Assembly (NCBI GenBank): GCA_051859245.1
Contig: JBHYGA010000008.1
Location: forward strand, 32,001-96,000
Length of the DNA: 64,000 bases
Origin: Gemmatimonadaceae bacterium
GTDB lineage: Bacteria; Gemmatimonadota; Gemmatimonadetes; Gemmatimonadales; Gemmatimonadaceae
Direction: 5' to 3'
Position 1 is the first letter of the stretch. Each line of letters begins with the position of its first letter. Below are positions 9,083 to 20,866 of this stretch, piece by piece. Made by a program: the position numbers and the translations under genes. The notes beneath the pieces are model-generated. The model saw only the letters and a program-made list of their open reading frames with translations, had not been told where the DNA came from and did no database searches.

Positions 9083-10070
9083 GGGAGGAAAGATAGCCGG
9101 TTCCCTCTGAATCGTCGAAGCGGTCGCCAATCCTCACGCCGCGGCCGCGCATCCAGTCGAGCGGCGCGAGGCGGCCCTTGCCTGCCGGCTGCACCTGCGA
9201 GATACGCACCGCGCCCGAGCCACAGCGCACCACGAGCCCTTCGGCGTCAACGGATCGGATGGTACCCGGACGGCTGGCCAGCAGCGCATCGTCGGTGATA
9301 TCCGCGTCGGTCTCGGCGATAACCCGCACGCCGAAACACTTCACGGACTGTCCGTGCAGCACGGTGTGCGCGCCGGGCCGGGGATCAAAGGCGCGAATAA
9401 TGCGCGACACATTGATCGCGTCGCGATTGAAGTGCAGCTCGGCAGACGCGCGATCGATCTTGGCGGCGTACGTCGCTTGCGAGTCATCCTGCGCGATCTC
9501 CTGCGACGCACCCGCTTCGAGCAACGCCAGGGCCTGCACAATGCCGAGCGCGCCCAGCTCGGCGAGCTGATCGTGCAGCTCGCCGTAGGTAGTGTCGTTG
9601 TTGATCGGTGTACGGACCACGTGCAACATCGGGCCGGCGTCGAGCGCGAGCACCATGCGCATGATTGTCACGCCGGTTTCCGTGTGCCCTTCAAGAATCG
9701 ACGCCTGAATAGGCGCCGCACCGCGCAACCTGGGCAACAGCGACGCGTGAATGTTCAGCGTACCAAGCCGCGGCGCGTCGATCACCAGCTGCGAAAGAAT
9801 GTGCCCGTACGCCACCACCACACTCAGGTCGGGCGCGAGCGCGGCCATGTCACTCATGAAGGCGTCGCCGCGCGGTCGCTCCGGTTGCAACACCGGCAGT
9901 CCTTCTTGCAGTGCCGCCGCTTTCACCGGCGAGGGATCGAGTTGCGAACGCGAACGTCCGCGTGCGCGATCCGGTTGTGTCACCACACCCACCACATCAT
10001 GCCCCTCGCCTAGCAAGGCGAGCAGCGGGGGTACAGCAAAATCGGGAGTACCCCAGAACAAAATGCGCAT
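9060..10070 (-). CDS. fmt: methionyl-tRNA formyltransferase
   Basis: MRILFWGTPDFA, TQPDR, NIHASLLPRLRGAAPI. Confidence 0.97.
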   Translation of the reverse strand: MRILFWGTPDFAVPPLLALLGEGHDVVGVVTQPDRARGRSRSQLDPSPVKAAALQEGLPVLQPERPRGDAFMSDMAALAPDLSVVVAYGHILSQLVIDAPRLGTLNIHASLLPRLRGAAPIQASILEGHTETGVTIMRMVLALDAGPMLHVVRTPINNDTTYGELHDQLAELGALGIVQALALLEAGASQEIAQDDSQATYAAKIDRASAELHFNRDAINVSRIIRAFDPRPGAHTVLHGQSVKCFGVRVIAETDADITDDALLASRPGTIRSVDAEGLVVRCGSGAVRISQVQPAGKGRLAPLDWMRGRGVRIGDRFDDSEGTGYLSSHDAGGGI

Positions 10071-10074
10071 GATG

Positions 10075-10614
10075 TCAGGCTTCGGGCGGCAGGTCTTCCA
10101 CAGGCAATACACGCAGCAACTTCGGGTACTGCACTTTTTCTTCTTCCCATGTGCGCATGGCCGCTCTGCGTTTGAGTAACGACAGGCGATCAAGAAACAG
10201 TTTGCCGTGCAGGTGATCAATCTCGTGCTGCAGGCACACGGCTAACAACTCCGTACCGGTGACTTCGATCACCTTTCCGTCAATATCAAGCGCGCGCACC
10301 GTGACTTCGGCCGAACGATCGACCTCGGCAAACACTTCCGGAATGGAGAGACAGCCTTCTTCCCATCGAATCTTGCCTTCGCGCCGGATGATTTCCGGAT
10401 TAAAGAGCGCGAATCGCTGATCATCCACACCTACCACCGTCAAACGCTCAAGACGTCCAACCTGTGGCGCGGCCAGGCCAACACCTTTGGCCGCGTCCAT
10501 GGTGTCGAGCATATCGTCCGCCAGTCGCCGAAGTTCCGGCGTGATGTGCGTGACGAGTTCGGTCTCCTGCCGAAGAATCGGCGAGCCGAGTACGTGAATG
10601 TCGAGGCGTGCCAC
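10075..10614 (-). CDS. def: peptide deformylase
   Basis: GVGLAAPQ, EGCLS, QHEIDHLHG. Confidence 0.97.
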   Translation of the reverse strand: MARLDIHVLGSPILRQETELVTHITPELRRLADDMLDTMDAAKGVGLAAPQVGRLERLTVVGVDDQRFALFNPEIIRREGKIRWEEGCLSIPEVFAEVDRSAEVTVRALDIDGKVIEVTGTELLAVCLQHEIDHLHGKLFLDRLSLLKRRAAMRTWEEEKVQYPKLLRVLPVEDLPPEA

Positions 10615-10620
10615 TGCCGA

Positions 10621-13183
<2,563 letters not shown>

Positions 13184-13246
13184 GGGCGGGAAAGTAATGT
13201 CCAACACGGAATTCAGAACGGCGTGAGGCAAAAAAATCGCGCGCCG

Positions 13247-14275
13247 TTACAGCAGTTCACCTTGATCGCTGCGAACGCGCGGCGGTTCATAACCCAGATG
13301 CCGGTACGCGTGCGCGGTGGCCATGCGTCCTCGTGGCGTGCGTTGCAGAAATCCCTGCTGCACCAGGAAAGGTTCGTACACGTCTTCAATGGTGCCCGCG
13401 TCTTCGGCAACGGCGGCCGCGATGGTGCTCAGTCCAACCGGACCACCATCGAATTTTTCAATGATCACGCGCAAGAGCCGCGCATCCATATCGTCGAGTC
13501 CGAACTGATCCACGTCAAGCAGTTCCAGGGCGGCGTCGGCCACGGCCCGATCAATCGAGCCATTGGCACGCACCTGCGCGTAGTCACGCACGCGGCGCAG
13601 CAGCCGGTTGGCTACGCGCGGTGTGCCTCTCGACCGCCGCGCGATTTCGTGCGCGCCGTCGTCACTAATTTCCACGCGCAGCACCTCGGCCGTGCGGCGC
13701 ACGATGATCTCCAGCTCCGACTCCGGATAGAACGCGAGCTGATGCACCAGTCCGAATCGCGCCCGCAGCGGCGGTGTGAGCATGCCGAGCCGCGTGGTGG
13801 CGCCAACGAGCGTGAACTTCTCAATCGGCATGGTGATGCTTTGCGCCTTCGGGCCTTCCGAAAGCCGGATGTCAATCTTGTAGTCTTCCATGGCCGGATA
13901 GAGGTACTCCTCGATCACCGGGCGCAGGCGATGGATCTCGTCAATAAAGAGCAGATCCCCTTCGCGCATGTTCGTCAGCGTCCCCACCAGGTCGCCGGGC
14001 TTTTCGAGCGCCGGACCAGACGTGGTGTGAATGTTCACACCCATTTCGCGCGCCATCAGTTCGGCGAGGGTGGTCTTACCGAGTCCCGGTGGGCCAAAAA
14101 AGAGCGTGTGGTCAATCGGTTCGCGACGGCCGCGCGCAGCGTCGATCGCGATGGACAGACTTTCCTTGACCTTGCCCTGCCCAATGAACTCGGCCAGCCG
14201 CTGCGGGCGGAGCGAGAGCTCAACCACGCTTTCATCGATCAGGGCTTCGGGGGTGGTGATCTCGGGGCGGGCCAT
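13247..14275 (-). CDS. ruvB: Holliday junction branch migration helicase
   Basis: [44 protein letters not shown]. Confidence 0.98.
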   Translation of the reverse strand: MARPEITTPEALIDESVVELSLRPQRLAEFIGQGKVKESLSIAIDAARGRREPIDHTLFFGPPGLGKTTLAELMAREMGVNIHTTSGPALEKPGDLVGTLTNMREGDLLFIDEIHRLRPVIEEYLYPAMEDYKIDIRLSEGPKAQSITMPIEKFTLVGATTRLGMLTPPLRARFGLVHQLAFYPESELEIIVRRTAEVLRVEISDDGAHEIARRSRGTPRVANRLLRRVRDYAQVRANGSIDRAVADAALELLDVDQFGLDDMDARLLRVIIEKFDGGPVGLSTIAAAVAEDAGTIEDVYEPFLVQQGFLQRTPRGRMATAHAYRHLGYEPPRVRSDQGELL

Positions 14276-14428
14276 CGCGGGCGGCGGAAGGCGGAACTGA
14301 GGAACGACTTACGCGGGTTGGGGAATATAGATGAAGACCGAGCGTTGGGCTCAGCATTCGGGCCGGATTTGCGTAGTATTCAGTAGCACTGGCTGCAGGT
14401 CGGCCAATTCCTCGCACCCCATACGACC

Positions 14429-15040
14429 ATGCTTCGTCGCCTGTTTACGCGTGACGCTGCCTTCACACGGCGCGCACTGTTGCTGACGCTCTCTTCGACA
14501 CTTGCTGTTACGGCGTTCGTTTCTCCGGCTGATGCGCGCCCCGACGCGCCGCGCGTCCATCACAACGGCGGCGCCATTTATGTGCCGCAGCTGTGGGAAG
14601 CGCCGTTGTATCACGCGCCGATTCGCATGCAGGCCGCGAAGATGGCCGCGCGGGCTGAAATGGGCGCCGATGCACCTCCCATCGATTGGCGGGTGTTGGC
14701 GGGGCTCGACTACCTCACCGGTAAGGCCACCGACACGCTCAAGGCGCTGAACGGCAAGGAAGTGCGCATTCCGGGCTTTGTAGTCCCTCTCGACGACTTC
14801 ATGGAAGACGGCGCCGAGTTCCTGCTCGTGCCGTACTACGGCGCGTGCGTGCACACCCCGCCGCCGCCGCCCAATCAGATCATCTTTGTGCAGATGGCCG
14901 GCAAGAAAGCGGTGAAGCTCACGCTGTTTGACGCGGTCTGGATGCACGGCAAAATCAAGATTGCCACGGTGGAAAGCCCGTACGGTACGGTCGGCTTCAC
15001 GCTCGACGGCACCAAAATGGAACCGTACAGCTCGCGATGA
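14429..15040 (+). CDS. DUF3299 domain protein
   Basis: LNGKEVRIPGFVVPL, EFLLVPYYGACVHTPPPPPNQII; possible Tat-like signal (TRRALL). Confidence 0.85.
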   Translation: MLRRLFTRDAAFTRRALLLTLSSTLAVTAFVSPADARPDAPRVHHNGGAIYVPQLWEAPLYHAPIRMQAAKMAARAEMGADAPPIDWRVLAGLDYLTGKATDTLKALNGKEVRIPGFVVPLDDFMEDGAEFLLVPYYGACVHTPPPPPNQIIFVQMAGKKAVKLTLFDAVWMHGKIKIATVESPYGTVGFTLDGTKMEPYSSR

Positions 15041-15753
15041 TGTCAAACGCGGCCCCTCCGGCCGTCGCACTCTCGAACGTTCGGTTCGCCTATCGCCCGG
15101 GTCGTGATGTTGTGTCAATCGACACGCTCACAATTGAACGCGGCGAGACAGTGTTCCTTCACGGGCCGAGCGGCAGTGGTAAAACCACGCTGCTCGGCCT
15201 GTTGGCTGGTGTGCTCACCGCCACGTCGGGATCGGTGCGTATTCTTGGCCAGGATCTGACCCCCATGTCGAGCGGCGCGCGCGATGCGTTTCGTGCGCAG
15301 CACCTGGGCTATGTGTTTCAGCAGTTCAACCTGATTCCGTATTTGTCGGTGCGGGAGAACATTCTGCTGCCTGTGCGGCTTGATAGCGCGCGCCGTGCGA
15401 AGCTTGGTGGGACGGATCCGGTAAAGGCGGCGGAATCGTTGGCGTCGGACCTCGATATTGCGTCGGCGTTAGGCTCGCCGGTCACGGAGTTGTCGGTCGG
15501 ACAGCAGCAGCGCGTAGCTGTGGCGCGGGCGCTTATCGGTTCACCGGAAGTGGTGATTTGTGACGAGCCCACATCGGCATTGGATTCCGATCGCCGTGAG
15601 CGTTTCCTGCAGTTGCTCTTTGCGTCGTGTCAGAAGGCCGGCACCACGTTGGTATTTGTGAGCCATGATTTTTCGCTGCAGCCGCTGTTCTCGCGTACGG
15701 TGGAGTTGCCCCAGATCAACAGCGCCAGCGCGCTGATTGCGAAGGAGAACTAG
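15037..15753 (+). CDS. ABC transporter ATP-binding protein (LolD/MacB-like)
   Basis: GPSGSGKTT, LSVGQQQRVA, CDEPTSALD. Confidence 0.93.
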   Translation: MMSNAAPPAVALSNVRFAYRPGRDVVSIDTLTIERGETVFLHGPSGSGKTTLLGLLAGVLTATSGSVRILGQDLTPMSSGARDAFRAQHLGYVFQQFNLIPYLSVRENILLPVRLDSARRAKLGGTDPVKAAESLASDLDIASALGSPVTELSVGQQQRVAVARALIGSPEVVICDEPTSALDSDRRERFLQLLFASCQKAGTTLVFVSHDFSLQPLFSRTVELPQINSASALIAKEN

Positions 15754-15756
15754 CGC

Positions 15757-17307
15757 GTGGGCACGATTCTTCGGCTGGCCCTGCAGTCGCTGCGCAGTCG
15801 CGCGTTCACCTCGTCGCTCACCGTGGCGAGCATTGCGCTCAGCGTGACGTTGCTCGTGGGCATTGAACATGTGCGTAGCGGCGTGCGCGAAAGTTTTGCG
15901 GGCACCATTCGTGGTGTGGATCTCATCGTTGGTGCGCGCGGTGGATCGCTGCAGGTGTTGCTGTCCACGGTGTTTGGTATTGGTGCGTCGTCCACGGCGA
16001 TCAGCTACGAAACGTACGAGCGCTGGGCCGAACATCCGGCGGTGGCGTGGTCCATTCCGTTTGCGCTTGGCGACAGTCATCGCAGTTATCGCGTGATTGG
16101 CACCACGAACGAGTTTTACGAGCGGTATCGTTTTCGTGAAGACGGGCGCGTGACCTTTGCGGAGGGGCGTGCCGCGGAAACGGATACCGATGTGGTACTT
16201 GGTGCCGAAGTCGCGTCGCGTTTGGGTTACACGCTGGGTTCGCCGATCGTGGTGACGCACGGATTGCAGGGTGGCGGCATCGCGGACCACGAGGCGAATC
16301 CGTTTACGGTGGTGGGTATTTTGAACCGCACGTTCACGCCGATTGATCGCGCGATTTACGTGACGCTCGGTGGTATTGAAGCGATGCACGAGGATTTTGA
16401 GCAGGCGCCGAGTGCGGCGCCTGTGGTGCCGCCGGCGGGGACGCCGAGCATGCCGGGGGCGACGCCGCCGGTGATGCCGGGTGCGGAGCCGCCGCCGGTG
16501 ATGCCTGGCGCTACGCCGCCTGCAATGCCGGGATACGAGCCCCCGCCGGGCACGCCAACCATGCCGGGTGCGACGCCGCCGGTCATGCCGGGTGCAACGC
16601 CGCCGGTCATGCCGGGATATGAGCCGCCACCGGGCACGCCCACGATGCCCGGTGCGCAGCCGCCGGTAGCCTCAGAAGCGCGTCCGACGGCGTCGGTGTC
16701 GAGCGATTCGGCGCCGGCGGCCGACGACGACCACGCCGACCACGATCACGAAGCCGAACAGGTCTCGTCGTTCATGGTGGGGACGAAGAACCGATTCGAG
16801 GCGCTGCAGCTGCAGCGCGAAATGAACACGGATCTGGTGGAGCCAGTCACGGCCATCATTCCCGGCGTCGCACTCGGCGAACTGTGGCAGAACATTTCCA
16901 GCGCCGAAGTCGGCCTGCGCATTGTGGCCATGTTTGCGGTGGCGATTGGCCTCACGGGTATGCTGGTAGCGCTGTACAGCTCACTCGACGCGCGTCGCCG
17001 CGAAATGGCGATTCTGCGCGCGGTTGGCGCGGGTCCGCGCACCATTGTGTCGTTGCTCGTGATTGAATCCGCATTGCTGGCGTTTGTTGGCTGCGTGCTT
17101 GGTGTGTTGTTCGTCTATGCGATTCTCACGCTGGGGCAAGGCGCAATCGAAGCGCGTTCCGGTGTGCATCTTGCGATTCGCGCACTCGGCGCCACTGAGT
17201 GGAAGTATCTCGCGCTCGTGCTTGGCGCCGGCACGCTGATTGGTTTTGTGCCGGCGATCAAGGCGTATCGTATGTCGCTCACGGATGGCTTGAGTCCGCG
17301 CGCCTGA
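15757..17307 (+). CDS. ABC permease (FtsX/MacB-type) with Met/Pro-rich insertion
   Basis: DLIVGARG..LQ.LL..VF, LGDSH, RRREMAILRAVGA; four predicted TM helices. Confidence 0.9.
   Translation: MGTILRLALQSLRSRAFTSSLTVASIALSVTLLVGIEHVRSGVRESFAGTIRGVDLIVGARGGSLQVLLSTVFGIGASSTAISYETYERWAEHPAVAWSIPFALGDSHRSYRVIGTTNEFYERYRFREDGRVTFAEGRAAETDTDVVLGAEVASRLGYTLGSPIVVTHGLQGGGIADHEANPFTVVGILNRTFTPIDRAIYVTLGGIEAMHEDFEQAPSAAPVVPPAGTPSMPGATPPVMPGAEPPPVMPGATPPAMPGYEPPPGTPTMPGATPPVMPGATPPVMPGYEPPPGTPTMPGAQPPVASEARPTASVSSDSAPAADDDHADHDHEAEQVSSFMVGTKNRFEALQLQREMNTDLVEPVTAIIPGVALGELWQNISSAEVGLRIVAMFAVAIGLTGMLVALYSSLDARRREMAILRAVGAGPRTIVSLLVIESALLAFVGCVLGVLFVYAILTLGQGAIEARSGVHLAIRALGATEWKYLALVLGAGTLIGFVPAIKAYRMSLTDGLSPRA
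16450..16668 (+). repeat. eight in-frame MPG(A/Y)xPP repeats inside the permease
   Basis: MPGATPPV, MPGAEPPPV, MPGATPPA, MPGYEPPPGTPT and related units. Confidence 0.9.
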
Positions 17308-17430
17308 TTCGTGTCGCTCGCGTGGCAGGTGTGGCGATACATGCCGCGCACGCAGTTGAAGTAACCAACCCCGTGCGCGTCAGGTCGCGGAGAGACGCGC
17401 ACACTCTCCAGTTCCGCGCAGGAGTTTTAC

Positions 17431-19086
17431 ATGTCGTCACGTTTGTTCACGCGTTCGGGCATCGCCCTCGCGTTTGTGATTGCGGCTATGCCGCTCGACG
17501 CGCAGGGCCCGGGTGGTCGCGGTCCGGCTCGCCCGATTGTCAAAGCGCCTGGTGCCACGCCCCCCGCGATCGATAGCGCACCGGAATACGTGCGTCGCTC
17601 GCCCGCTACTGATGCGGGCATCAATCGCATTTATGAAGAGGGCATGCAGCGCTCGCAGGTGGCGAAAATTGCGCAGGTGTTGCTCGACTCGATTGGTCCG
17701 CGACTCACGGGTTCGCCCAACATGAATCGTGCGCAAGATTGGGCCGTGTCGTTGCTTAAGAGCTGGGGCGTGGACGCAAAGAAGGAACAGTACGGCACAT
17801 GGAACGCGTGGAAGCGTGGCTCTGCGTATGCATCGCTCACCGCGCCGCGTGTGAAGACACTCGACGCAACGATGTTGTCGTGGAGTGGCAATACCGGCGG
17901 ACAGTTTGTTGAAGGCGGCGTGGTAATTCTTGAGCCGTATCAGACGCTCGAAGAGTTCCGTGCGTGGCTGCCGAAGGTGAAGGGCAAGATCGTTCTAACT
18001 GGCGGACCACGATTGTCGTGTCGATCGGCCGAGCAGATTGGTTTGTTCGGAATGCCGAGCACGATTGAAGCGCTGAACCTTGAGCAGAATCAGCTCACGG
18101 CCACGTATCGCGGACTCAATCAGCGCGTGCCCACGTTCTATCAGGATGTGAAAGACGCCGGTGCACTGGCCGTCTTTGAATCGAGCTGGTCGGCGTACTC
18201 GGGCGTACAGAAGATCTTCGGATCGCCGCGCAACAACCCGCTGCCCACGCTCGACATTGGCTGCGAAGATTACGGCATGCTGTTCCGACTGGCGCAGAAC
18301 AACCAGGGTCCAGTTGTGAAGTTGATGGCCGAATCGGAGTCACTCGGCGAACAGCCGGTGTTCAATGTGGTTGGCACGATCAAAGGCTCGGAGAAGCCGA
18401 ACGAATACGTGATGCTCTCTGCGCACTATGATTCGTGGGAAGGACACTCGGGCGCCACCGACAATGGCACGGGCTCCGTGACCATGCTCGAGGCGCTGCG
18501 TATTCTGAAGACGGTATATCCGCAGCCGAAGCGCACGATCATCATTGGGCTTTGGAGCGGTGAAGAGCAGGGCCTCAACGGATCTGGCGCGTATTCGGCC
18601 GATCATCCGGAAGTGATTGAAGGGCTGCAGTTCCTCTTCAATCAGGACAACGGCACAGGCCGCGTGGTCAGCATGGGCCCGGGCATTCTGCCCAAGAACG
18701 GCGCGCGTTTGGCGCAGTACATGTCGGCGATGCCCTCAGACATCACGCAGTGGATTCGCCTGTCAGGCCCTGGCGGCATTGGTGGTGGCACCGACCACGT
18801 GTCGTTCGCCTGTCGCGGCGCGCCGGCGCTGACGCTCAACGCACTGTCTTGGGATTACAGCAACAGCACGTGGCACACGCAGCGCGACTCGTACGACAAG
18901 CTGATCATCGACGACGTGAAGAACAACGCGACCCTCACGGCGATGCTGGCGTACATGGCGAGCGAAGATCCGGAGCGTAGCTCGCGTGAGCTGATCAGTC
19001 CGCTGCCAACGGGGCCGAACGGTCAGCCGATCACGATTCCGAACTGTGGTACGCCGACGCGCAGTTCGCAGGGGAACCGAAGATAG
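17431..19086 (+). CDS. secreted M28-family peptidase (carboxypeptidase Q-like)
   Basis: Signal peptide; IGPRLTGS, SAHYDSW, GATDNGTG, GEEQGL, TDH, WHT; AGGAG SD. Confidence 0.9.
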   Translation: MSSRLFTRSGIALAFVIAAMPLDAQGPGGRGPARPIVKAPGATPPAIDSAPEYVRRSPATDAGINRIYEEGMQRSQVAKIAQVLLDSIGPRLTGSPNMNRAQDWAVSLLKSWGVDAKKEQYGTWNAWKRGSAYASLTAPRVKTLDATMLSWSGNTGGQFVEGGVVILEPYQTLEEFRAWLPKVKGKIVLTGGPRLSCRSAEQIGLFGMPSTIEALNLEQNQLTATYRGLNQRVPTFYQDVKDAGALAVFESSWSAYSGVQKIFGSPRNNPLPTLDIGCEDYGMLFRLAQNNQGPVVKLMAESESLGEQPVFNVVGTIKGSEKPNEYVMLSAHYDSWEGHSGATDNGTGSVTMLEALRILKTVYPQPKRTIIIGLWSGEEQGLNGSGAYSADHPEVIEGLQFLFNQDNGTGRVVSMGPGILPKNGARLAQYMSAMPSDITQWIRLSGPGGIGGGTDHVSFACRGAPALTLNALSWDYSNSTWHTQRDSYDKLIIDDVKNNATLTAMLAYMASEDPERSSRELISPLPTGPNGQPITIPNCGTPTRSSQGNRR

Positions 19087-19106
19087 TAACTGGAGCAGGC
19101 ATAACT

Positions 19107-19204
19107 GCCGGGGCCCGTCGGCGCGCTGCGCCGACGGGCCAAGGGCACGAAGAACACAAAAGGACACGAAAACTGCAACGGCAACAGATTCTGAGGGGAA
19201 CTGC
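19107..19204 (+). repeat. REP-like GC hairpin with AAGGACACGAAAACTGC tail (copy 1)
   Basis: GGCCCGTCGGCGC-GCT-GCGCCGACGGGCC; near-identical copy at 50168. Confidence 0.8.
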
Positions 19205-19246
19205 AACGGGCCACTGCTTCCTAATCGAATTTGCGATGCGTTCTTA

Positions 19247-20401
19247 TCAGCTTGGGCGCTTAGGTGCTCTCTCCAAACGGTAACGCTCGACCGAGAGCAG
19301 GTCATCCGCATTCCGACGAACTCCAAGCACGTAGTCGCGTCCGATTTCCATCACTTGCAAGCCGTTAGGTAGCACGACCGTCGCGATAACGGCACCTGAG
19401 GCGTTCAGCACTAGACACTCACGTGGTTGCGCTGTAGGCACTTCCTCGAACAACTCGACCCACAGACCATCGTTGTAGTCGGCGTATAAGCTGCTGTAGT
19501 AGGGTCGTGTCTTGGGACGCCACTTACTGTCCAGCTCCGCAAGAGCCAGCTCGCGATCTGCCCCAGGAGAGACCTCGCGAACCAGCCTTGCTCGTTCTGC
19601 TGCGATCCGCGACTCCCTCCAAGCCGTCTCTTTGATGGCCAACGTCGTGGATCCGGTGCTTCCGGTGCGAGTATCGAGCCACGACAGCTTTCTCTCGCCT
19701 GAGTCTCCGAACCACAGTTTCTCATAGGCACCAACAACGTGGAGATGGTGACCCAGCCGTTGTTTAGAGCCTAGCATGCCAGCTGCTGCGTTCGACGTCG
19801 CGACTGTAAGTGAGGTCGACGCCAAGCGCGGACCAAGCGACGCCGTGACCCGCGTCCGAGTGGGGTCCAGAAGCACGTACTCCACCGAATCTCGACGAAC
19901 TCCGGTTACCACCTTCGCTTCAACCGTCCAGCTACTCGTGCGCATTCCCCAGAACCGACCATTCCCTAGAACGCCGCCGATAGTGACTTTAGCGCCGTCG
20001 AGCACGGTCTCTCGGCGCTTCTCACGAACTGAGTCACTGTCGAACCAGACTGCTCGACGTCGGTCGTAAACGACGATTGCGTCGTTCAAGCGTCGCAGGA
20101 ATGCGATGGAACCGACTTCGTTTGGCCCCTCGCCGCGTCGTGTCGCGATCTGCAGAGGCTGACCGTTCGCGTCGAAGATGCGCAGTTCTCCTGATTGTCT
20201 CTCTGCGACTAGAAGGCGTCCGCGATTGAGTTCGCTAACCGCAACAATGGCGCCGAAATTTTTCGCAGGCGATCCATCATCCTCTATTCGAAGAGTCGGT
20301 GCAGACGAAACTTCGTAGCGTTGTATCGACTGTGCGGCGAGCGGGCGCAAGCCCATCCAAGCAAACAGTAGAAGTAAATTCGCACTTAAAGGTCCGGTCA
20401 C
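19247..20401 (-). CDS. secreted 6-bladed beta-propeller-type protein
   Basis: GTG start with GGAG SD gives a signal peptide; LRIFDANG, RRGEGPNE, DGLWV, DYVLGV..DDL..VERYRL patterns; codon usage less GC-skewed than neighbours. Confidence 0.65.
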   Translation of the reverse strand: MTGPLSANLLLLFAWMGLRPLAAQSIQRYEVSSAPTLRIEDDGSPAKNFGAIVAVSELNRGRLLVAERQSGELRIFDANGQPLQIATRRGEGPNEVGSIAFLRRLNDAIVVYDRRRAVWFDSDSVREKRRETVLDGAKVTIGGVLGNGRFWGMRTSSWTVEAKVVTGVRRDSVEYVLLDPTRTRVTASLGPRLASTSLTVATSNAAAGMLGSKQRLGHHLHVVGAYEKLWFGDSGERKLSWLDTRTGSTGSTTLAIKETAWRESRIAAERARLVREVSPGADRELALAELDSKWRPKTRPYYSSLYADYNDGLWVELFEEVPTAQPRECLVLNASGAVIATVVLPNGLQVMEIGRDYVLGVRRNADDLLSVERYRLERAPKRPS

Positions 20402-20429
20402 GATGACTCCAAGACGAAGAAGAATGAGC

Positions 20430-20480
20430 AAAAAAGAAAATGCTTGACAAAGATGCAGGGGGGGGGAGTATCGTCGGCAA
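20430..20480 (+). promoter_or_regulatory. sigma70-type promoter with G9 tract in the spacer
   Basis: A-rich UP element 20430-20440, TTGACA 20444-20449, G9 20458-20466, TATCGT 20469-20474 (19-nt spacer). Confidence 0.6.
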
Positions 20481-20561
20481 CTCATCTCACCCTGAGATGT
20501 AGTCGAAGCGTTCACTCAGGGGCGCTCCGAAGCTGATCCTCTAGACTGTCAGGAGTAGTCG

Positions 20562-20786
20562 ATGACGTTGAGACACTTTGGTTTTGCATTGTCGATGGCG
20601 GTCCTCAGTTTCGCATACACCGAAACCGCTCAAGCAGCGGACGAGGGTCCATGCCCTCGCATTACTTACGACTCGACAAACGGCTCGTGCAGCAACACCG
20701 GCGGAACGACGTGCAAGACCTGCAAGTACAACTGCAGCATCACCGGTGATGACGTCGAGATCGATCGCTGCCCGGCAGTCGAGTAA
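20562..20786 (+). CDS. secreted six-cysteine peptide (74 aa precursor)
   Basis: AGGAG SD; Sec signal ending AQA; mature 49 aa with C-x11-C-x7-C-x2-C-x3-C-x11-C; mostly C/G-ending codons. Confidence 0.8.
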   Translation: MTLRHFGFALSMAVLSFAYTETAQAADEGPCPRITYDSTNGSCSNTGGTTCKTCKYNCSITGDDVEIDRCPAVE

Positions 20787-20866
20787 GGCCATAGCGATAA
20801 AGCATTTCTCAAGCACACTCTGAAGCCTGCGTCCACGAACACTTTAGCTCAGGAACTACATCACGC

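Noticed and set aside
14370..14392. Possible Zur box upstream of the DUF3299 operon (TGCGTAGTATTCAGTAGCA)
   Set aside because: Palindrome too imperfect and no convincing match to Zur consensus sequences I know
16450..16668. Tandem repeats here and at 58770-59060 considered as CRISPR arrays
   Set aside because: In-frame coding repeats with synonymous variation; no unique spacers and no cas genes
20402..20515. N-terminal extension of the propeller ORF in the track (start 20515)
   Set aside because: Runs through the promoter and G-tract; GTG 20401 has an SD and yields a proper signal peptide
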